Shown here: positions 58,771 to 64,000 of the stretch, piece after piece
Layout: each line of letters opens with the position of its first letter
Position numbering within the stretch: position 1 is the first letter of the stretch
Position numbers and translations under genes: made by a program
The notes under the pieces: generated by a model
Databases searched by the model: none
What the model was told of the DNA's origin: nothing
What the model saw: only the letters and a program-made list of their open reading frames with translations
Origin: Dehalococcoidia bacterium
Lineage (GTDB): Bacteria; Chloroflexota; Dehalococcoidia; Lucifugimonadales; VXLM01
Length of the DNA: 64,000 nucleotides
Reading direction: 5' to 3'
Assembly (NCBI GenBank): GCA_963662435.1
Contig: OY759598.1
Coordinates: forward strand, 2,326,507-2,390,506

Positions 58771-59331
58771 CTAGCCCTTTTCAACCTGGAGGAAGTCCAG
58801 CTCGACGGGGGTCTCGCGTCCGAAGAAGGAGACGAGCACCTTGAGCTTGGAACGCTCTGCATAGACCTCGTCGACGGAGCCCATGAAGTCCATGAACGGG
58901 CCGTCGACGATTCGGACCATTTGGCCCTTCTCGAAGCCCACGCGCACGCGCGGCTCAGCGGACTTCATATGGTTGAGGATGGCGTCGACTTCGCTCTGCT
59001 CAAGCGGGACGGGCTTCTGTCGCTGTTCGCGTTCGTCCTCGGCGGACACGAACCCCGTTACGCCGGGGGTGTTTCGCACGACGAACCAACTCTGGTCGTC
59101 CATCTCCATCTCTATGAGGATGTATCCGGGGAAGACGCGGCGGGCCACGGAGGTCCTTTTGCCTTCCTTGATCTCGATCTCGTCCTCCGTGGGGACGACG
59201 ACCTGGAAGATCTTGTCGCCGACGTCCATGGACTCAATCCGCAGGTTGAGGTTCTTCTGAACGCGTTCTTCCTGTCCGGAATAGGTATGGACGATGTACC
59301 AGCGTCGTTCTGCTTGTTCGGTGGAAGTCAT
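58771..59331 (-). CDS. nusG: transcription termination/antitermination factor NusG
   Basis: WYIVHTYSG, FPGY, VRNTPGVTGFV and FGRETPVEL motifs. Confidence 0.97.
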   Translation of the reverse strand: MTSTEQAERRWYIVHTYSGQEERVQKNLNLRIESMDVGDKIFQVVVPTEDEIEIKEGKRTSVARRVFPGYILIEMEMDDQSWFVVRNTPGVTGFVSAEDEREQRQKPVPLEQSEVDAILNHMKSAEPRVRVGFEKGQMVRIVDGPFMDFMGSVDEVYAERSKLKVLVSFFGRETPVELDFLQVEKG

Positions 59332-59335
59332 GAGT

Positions 59336-59569
59336 TCACCCCAGGATCACGTCCATCAAGCGTGAGAAGACCAGGTCGACGGCAAAGAGGAACGCGCCGA
59401 CGGCGGCCGCGACCGCGATGACCATGAGTGTCAACCGCATGGTCTCTTCGCGGGTGGGCCAAGTTACGCGCTGTAACTCGCGGTATGCTTCGGAGATGAA
59501 GCGCAGGCTGAATCCTCGCCGTGGCTGTCCGGCGGCGGTCCGTCCCCCGGTTAGCGGGTCGCGTACCAT
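59336..59569 (-). CDS. secE: preprotein translocase subunit SecE
   Basis: ELQRVTWPTREE plus one TM helix; position upstream of nusG. Confidence 0.93.
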   Translation of the reverse strand: MVRDPLTGGRTAAGQPRRGFSLRFISEAYRELQRVTWPTREETMRLTLMVIAVAAAVGAFLFAVDLVFSRLMDVILG

Positions 59570-59572
59570 CGG

Positions 59573-59740
59573 TTACCTCACTTCCCGGTGTGGGGTGTGC
59601 GTTCGGCAACGCGGACAGTACTTTTTGAGTTCCAGCCGGTCCGGGTCGTTGCGCCGGTTCTTGCTTGAATGGTATGTCCGCTCGCGACACTCGGTGCAAG
59701 CCAAGTTAACCAGGATACGGACATCTCCTCTGCGGGGCAT
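59573..59740 (-). CDS. rpmG: 50S ribosomal protein L33, Zn-binding form (absent from ORF track)
   Basis: Manual translation [63 protein letters not shown]. Confidence 0.96.
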   Translation of the reverse strand: MPRRGDVRILVNLACTECRERTYHSSKNRRNDPDRLELKKYCPRCRTHTPHREVR

Positions 59741-59761
59741 AGTTTCCTCGTAGAAACGAAC

Positions 59762-59788
59762 TGAAGGGACGCCGGCGGCGTCCCTTCA
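59762..59788 (-). terminator. stem-loop between tuf and rpmG
   Basis: 12-bp perfect stem TGAAGGGACGCC / GGCGTCCCTTCA. Confidence 0.6.
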
Positions 59789-59808
59789 TCGGTATCTTGT
59801 TTAATTTG

Positions 59809-61008
59809 TTAGTTTGTAACTGCCGTGAAGACGCCAGAGCCGACGGTGCGGCCACCCTCCCGGACGGCGAATCGCAGCTGGTCAGTCATAGCCACCGGTG
59901 TGGTGAGCTTGATGTCCATCTCGATGTTGTCGCCCGGCATGACCATTTCGACGCCGTCGGGCAGCTTGATCTCACCCGTCACGTCGGTCGTGCGGATGTA
60001 GAACTGCGGCTTGTACCCGCTGAAGAATGGGGTGTGCCTACCGCCCTCTTCCTTGGTGAGTACGTAGACCTGGGCGCTGGCGTCGGAATGCGGGGTTACA
60101 CTGCCGGGAGCGGCAAGTACCTGACCGCGCTCAATCTCGTCGCGGTCGACGCCACGCAGGAGGAGGCCGACGGCATCGCCGGGCTCAGCCTCATCGAGCA
60201 TCTTGTGGAACATCTCGACGCCGGTGACGACAGTCTGGCTCGTATCTTTGATTCCAACAACGTCAACAGTGTCGCCGACTTTGATGATTCCCTGCTCGAC
60301 GCGACCGGTGACCACGGTGCCTCGGCCCTTGATGCTGAACACGTCCTCGACGGGCATGAGGAAGGGCTGGTCCTTAGGGCGCTCCGGAACGGGGATGTAG
60401 CTGTCCACGGCGTCCATAAGCTCCCAGATGCCCTTGCCCCACTCGGAGTCTCGCGACGTGTCGTCGGATTCGAGGGCGTTGAGGGCGCTGACACGGACGA
60501 TCGGCACATCGTCGCCGGGGAAGCCGTACTCCGTCAGAAGCTCACGCATCTCCAACTCGACGAGCTCGAGGAGTTCCTCGTCGTCAAGCATGTCGACCTT
60601 GTTGAGGGCGACTACGATGGCGGGAACCTCCACCTGTCGGGCGAGGAGGATGTGTTCTCGCGTCTGCGGCATTGGGCCGTCAGGGGCACTGACCACGAGG
60701 ATGGCGCCGTCCATCTGGGCTGCGCCGGTAATCATGTTTTTGATGTAGTCGGCGTGTCCCGGGCAGTCGACGTGAGCGTAATGGCGACCCTCAGTCGCAT
60801 ACTCAACGTGCGTGATCGCGATGGTCACGCCACGCTCCTTCTCTTCCGGGGCGTTGTCGATGCTGTCGAATTCCCTGAAGTCTGCGAACCCGGTATTCGC
60901 CAGGGTCTTTGTGATTGCCGCGGTCAGCGTTGTCTTGCCGTGGTCAACGTGACCGATGGTCCCTACGTTCAAATGCGGCTTGTCTCGTACGAATCGCTCC
61001 TTCGCCAT
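59809..61008 (-). CDS. tuf: elongation factor Tu
   Basis: [21 protein letters not shown] and VMPGD motifs. Confidence 0.98.
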   Translation of the reverse strand: MAKERFVRDKPHLNVGTIGHVDHGKTTLTAAITKTLANTGFADFREFDSIDNAPEEKERGVTIAITHVEYATEGRHYAHVDCPGHADYIKNMITGAAQMDGAILVVSAPDGPMPQTREHILLARQVEVPAIVVALNKVDMLDDEELLELVELEMRELLTEYGFPGDDVPIVRVSALNALESDDTSRDSEWGKGIWELMDAVDSYIPVPERPKDQPFLMPVEDVFSIKGRGTVVTGRVEQGIIKVGDTVDVVGIKDTSQTVVTGVEMFHKMLDEAEPGDAVGLLLRGVDRDEIERGQVLAAPGSVTPHSDASAQVYVLTKEEGGRHTPFFSGYKPQFYIRTTDVTGEIKLPDGVEMVMPGDNIEMDIKLTTPVAMTDQLRFAVREGGRTVGSGVFTAVTN

Positions 61009-61065
61009 TTCCTAGTCTCTCCTCTTCTAGATCTCTTTGCTGTTTGAGTTGCCTATGTAGTTTAG

Positions 61066-61141
61066 TGGAGCCCTCAAGCAGACTCGAACTGCTGACCTCG
61101 TTCTTACCAAGAACGCGCTCTGCCTCCTGAGCTATGAGGGC
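61066..61141 (-). tRNA. tRNA-Thr(GGT)
   Basis: GCCCTCATAGCTCAG...TT-GGT-AA...TTCGAGT...GAGGGCTCCA, 76 nt with encoded CCA. Confidence 0.95.
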
Positions 61142-61177
61142 ACGCACCTTCCTTTTGGAACGGCCCTGACGGCGCTT

Positions 61178-61264
61178 TGGTGCAGGGAGTAGGATTCGAA
61201 CCTACGTAGCCCTTAGGGCGCCAGATTTACAGTCTGGTGGATTTAACCACTCTCCCATCCCTGC
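61178..61264 (-). tRNA. tRNA-Tyr(GTA)
   Basis: GCAGGGA...CT-GTA-AA, long variable arm, ...TCCCTGCACCA. Confidence 0.95.
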
Positions 61265-61355
61265 ACGTAGCCGACAGCCGATAATTTTAGCACAAGCGGC
61301 ATTTCCAATCCAAGACGCGCCTACTTGAAGCGTCGTCCCGGTTGGGTTAGGTGAA

Positions 61356-61429
61356 AGCCCCAGGGGGGACTCGAACCCTCCAACCTGCCGATTACAAATC
61401 GGCTGCGCTGCCGATTGCGCCACTGGGGC
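61356..61429 (-). tRNA. tRNA-Thr(TGT), CCA not encoded
   Basis: GCCCCAGTGGCGCAATCGGCAGCGCAGCCGA-TTTGTAA-TCGGC...TTCGAGT...CTGGGGCT. Confidence 0.92.
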
Positions 61430-61480
61430 CCGGCTGATTGTTTCAACAAAAAGGGCTAGCGCCGAACTAGCCCAATTTGT

Positions 61481-61509
61481 ATTGTAGTCAAATACAGGAG
61501 TGTGGTCAA
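61481..61509 (-). promoter_or_regulatory. sigma70-type promoter of the tRNA-tuf operon
   Basis: Minus strand TTGACC-N17-TACAAT. Confidence 0.7.
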
Positions 61510-61552
61510 CAGTTTTTGACCTCACTGTATGTGTGTTTGGAGGGTGTTTCCT

Positions 61553-62458
61553 TCACCTGATCCGCCGTTCGCGCATAGTTGCGTAGCCGATGAGCTTGTA
61601 GAAGAGTTTTGCGGCGGTGAATGCGCAGGCCTCGGGGCCTTCCATCGGGCTTAGCTCAACGACATCGAACCCGACGATGTGCCGGCGTTCGCCGATCAGT
61701 CTGAGCAACCTCGTAGCTTGGTGCCACGACATTCCGCCGGGCTCGGGCGTGCCGACGGCGGACATGATGGCGGGGTCGAGAACGTCGAGGTCGATACTGA
61801 CGTACACGTCCCTACCCAACCGTTCGACTATATTTGCCGCGAGTTGCTCGATGCCGTGCTCTGAGGGCCACGTGAAGACGGGAATGTCGTTCGATTCGAT
61901 GAATTGAGCCTCCTGCCGGCTCATGCTGCGCACTCCGACCTCGACTACCTGCGCTCGTTCAGACAGGCGACGGGCGACGCAGGCGTGACTCCATCGACTC
62001 CCCATGTATTCGTCGCGCAGGTCCGCGTGGGCATCGAGATAAAGGACCGACAGATCGGGATGTCTCTCAAGCGCGGCCGATACTCCTCCGAGGGTGACGG
62101 TGTGCTCGCCTCCGAAGAGGGCTACCAGCTTGTCCTGAGCCGCGAAGTGGCTCGCAACACGGCGGACGCGCTCGATCATCGCCTCCGGGCCACCGGTGTG
62201 CGGCTCTATTTCCTGTGTGGTGTAGATGCCGACGGTCGAGATATCCCGCTGCAACTCGATGTCCCACTCCTCAAGCTGCTTGGAGGCGGTTATTGCGGCA
62301 CGGGGCCCGTGTCGCGCTCCAGACTTGAAGGATGTTGTGCTGTCGTAAGGGACGGGTATTGCGACGACGCTTGCGGCGTCAGGAGTCAATGACTGTGGGG
62401 TATCGAGAAAAGTTTCCCACGTACGAGGGACGTCGTCGGGCCAGTCGGTGCTAGGCAT
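61553..62458 (-). CDS. speB: agmatinase
   Basis: GGEHTVT, LDAHADLR, SIDLDVLDP, GTPEPGG and DVVEL motifs. Confidence 0.93.
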   Translation of the reverse strand: MPSTDWPDDVPRTWETFLDTPQSLTPDAASVVAIPVPYDSTTSFKSGARHGPRAAITASKQLEEWDIELQRDISTVGIYTTQEIEPHTGGPEAMIERVRRVASHFAAQDKLVALFGGEHTVTLGGVSAALERHPDLSVLYLDAHADLRDEYMGSRWSHACVARRLSERAQVVEVGVRSMSRQEAQFIESNDIPVFTWPSEHGIEQLAANIVERLGRDVYVSIDLDVLDPAIMSAVGTPEPGGMSWHQATRLLRLIGERRHIVGFDVVELSPMEGPEACAFTAAKLFYKLIGYATMRERRIR

Positions 62459-62882
62459 CTTCGCCGGTGGGGGCGGTCACGAGGTGGAAGCGTTCGCGGA
62501 CCATTCCGGCGTAGGCCTCTCGCGGCGTCGCGTGATCGAAGGCGCGTTCCATCGTCCATGTCTTGATCTCCCCCTCGACTCCGAAGGTGGACTTTACGTC
62601 ATCGAGCGAAACGGAGACGTCAAAGTCGTTGCAGGAGAATATATCGATATTGACGTAGGCCTTGTCGGGGAAAGTGTGGACGCTAATGTGGCTCTCGGCG
62701 ATTATGACGAAACCCGAGACTCCCCAGTCTCGCGGCACCTTACCGGTATAGGCGTAGACCTGGGGTGGGGCGACCTTGGTCATGCCGATGACGTCCGGAT
62801 ACTCGTCCAGGAATTGAAAGACGAGTCCCTCGTCGCTGAGCTTAGCGGGGTCGGCCTCATAGCAGTCGATGGCGAGATGCAA
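62451..62882 (-). CDS. S-adenosylmethionine decarboxylase-family pyruvoyl proenzyme (SpeD/SpeH-like)
   Basis: HLAID, GVSGFVIIAESHISVHTFP cleavage motif and DIFSC; TTG start 62882 after GAGGT. Confidence 0.88.
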   Translation of the reverse strand: MHLAIDCYEADPAKLSDEGLVFQFLDEYPDVIGMTKVAPPQVYAYTGKVPRDWGVSGFVIIAESHISVHTFPDKAYVNIDIFSCNDFDVSVSLDDVKSTFGVEGEIKTWTMERAFDHATPREAYAGMVRERFHLVTAPTGEDA

Positions 62883-62962
62883 GACGACCTCGGTGTTATC
62901 GCATTGGACTTGAGGCCCTAGAATATCACCGACCGAACATCGGGACAATGAGGGAGTGACGA

Positions 62963-63000
62963 AGCCCCGGACTCGAGGGAGGCTGCACGAGTCCGGGGCT
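62963..63000 (-). terminator. stem-loop downstream of hsp20
   Basis: 13-bp stem AGCCCCGGACTCG / CGAGTCCGGGGCT; weak U-tract. Confidence 0.6.
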
Positions 63001-63019
63001 CTTGCGGGATGGGCTCGTC

Positions 63020-63460
63020 CTAGTCCTTTACGGTTATGGGAAGGTCTTTGGCCTTCTTGGACTCCTGCTTGGGAAACGTGATGGTCAGGACGCCGTTCTC
63101 GTAGGAGGTCTCCGCACCTTCGGTATCGACCGTGTCGGGGAGGCGCACGGAGCGCTGGAAGGCGCCGACTCTACGCTCGCGAAGGAAGTAGCGCTCGCTC
63201 TTCTGCTCGGTCTCCTCCGCAGTCTGTCCCTTGATGGTCAGGACGCCGTCTTCAACAGTGGCGTTGATCCGGGAGGGATCGACGCCGGGCAGTGACGCGA
63301 CGACGGTGATGTTGTCGCCTTCCTGCCGAATGTCGATGGGCACAGCCCACACTGGCGTTCGCGTGGGGTTCCCGGACCCGGAATAGTTCCTCCAAAACCG
63401 GTTCATCACGTTGTCCATTCGCCGGAACTCCGCGACTGGATGCAATCTCTGTAGTACCAT
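63020..63460 (-). CDS. Hsp20/alpha-crystallin small heat-shock protein
   Basis: PIDI, LPGV, ERRVGAFQRS and YENGVLTITFPK motifs; GAGGTG RBS before ATG 63460. Confidence 0.95.
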   Translation of the reverse strand: MVLQRLHPVAEFRRMDNVMNRFWRNYSGSGNPTRTPVWAVPIDIRQEGDNITVVASLPGVDPSRINATVEDGVLTIKGQTAEETEQKSERYFLRERRVGAFQRSVRLPDTVDTEGAETSYENGVLTITFPKQESKKAKDLPITVKD

Positions 63461-63523
63461 TGCCAACACCTCTCAATTTGGATTGTGATTCATACTTGTT
63501 AGTACCGAATCACTTCATTGAGT

Positions 63524-63553
63524 AGTATAATCTGATGTATACAACTGAGTCAA
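63524..63553 (-). promoter_or_regulatory. hsp20 promoter with HAIR-like half-sites
   Basis: Minus strand TTGACT-N18-TATACT; ACTCA half-sites at the -35 and just after the -10; same layout as the clpC promoter. Confidence 0.5.
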
Positions 63554-63762
63554 TAGAGTTATAGTGAATACTACATGTATAGTTGAGCGATGCCTATACA
63601 TGTTGTAGTATTGCTGAGAGAGGCTGAGGCGAATATCAGCGATGAATATCGCTAATATTACTCGGGAGACCACAAAGATCGCTCCCAAGATGAAAATTCA
63701 GAAGTCACCAGCGGCAAGAGGCTGTTGAGGCGAGTTCGAGTAGGCCAACAGGGACGAAAGTA

Positions 63763-64000
63763 ATGACCACACGAAAGACAACGAGCTACTACGACGTTCT
63801 GGGCGTGGACAAGAGTGCTACGGAGAAGGATATTCGCCAGGCGTTTCGGCGGCTCGCGCGCAAATATCATCCCGACTTGAATCCGGACGACAAGCAGGCC
63901 GAGGCCAAGTTCAAGGAGATCAACGAGGCCAACGAGGTGTTGTCCGACGAGGAGAGTCGCAAGAAGTACGACAAGTACGGGGACGACTGGAGGCGGGCAG
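63763..64000 (+). CDS. DnaJ/CbpA-type J-domain chaperone, cut by the window end (absent from ORF track)
   Basis: Manual translation [15 protein letters not shown]...[11 protein letters not shown]...[13 protein letters not shown]...YDKYGDDW with HPD motif. Confidence 0.93.
   Translation, partial: MTTRKTTSYYDVLGVDKSATEKDIRQAFRRLARKYHPDLNPDDKQAEAKFKEINEANEVLSDEESRKKYDKYGDDWRRA

Noticed and set aside
56068..61429. Absence of rpoBC after rplL and of tRNA-Gly/tRNA-Trp in the tuf cluster
   Set aside because: Such gene-order variation is common between lineages and is not evidence of a novel system
63642..63728. 28-codon ORF (MNIANITRE...) upstream of dnaJ
   Set aside because: No recognisable motif and a poorly placed RBS; cannot be supported

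Overview
64 kb of a moderately GC-rich bacterial chromosome. Gene content points by inference to Chloroflexota, probably Dehalococcoidia/SAR202-like: a Chlor_Arch_YYY/TIGR03663-type membrane protein pair, a luciferase-like monooxygenase, enolase-superfamily and Zn-dehydrogenase paralogues, and a CbpA-type DnaJ. Core genes are tRNA-Asp, pth, a SAM-cycle operon (mtnP-rhodanese-pfkB-ahcY-metK), an RNB-family RNase and RNase D, a Liv-type ABC transporter, nhaA, clpC, nnr, menG, the tRNA-Thr/Tyr/Thr-tuf-rpmG-secE-nusG-rplKAJL cluster, speD-like/speB, hsp20 and a window-truncated dnaJ. Most notable observations: (1) a putative catabolic locus at 47.1-56.1 kb with two tandem, signal-peptide-less 12-repeat NHL proteins that share His/Asp/Glu/Cys residues, next to a Zn-dehydrogenase and a divergent enolase/atypical 2-hydroxyacid dehydrogenase/cupin/RraA-family operon; (2) an intact IS4-family element inserted into the loop of a GTAG-type REP hairpin, with a related empty hairpin nearby; (3) an orphan sigma70-type promoter with a LexA-like box firing into a 10-bp tandem repeat that recurs elsewhere in the window; (4) an AdoMetDC-like gene overlapping agmatinase that may encode an arginine decarboxylase. 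No CRISPR array, rRNA or prophage was seen. All calls rest on motif recognition by eye; no database searches were run.
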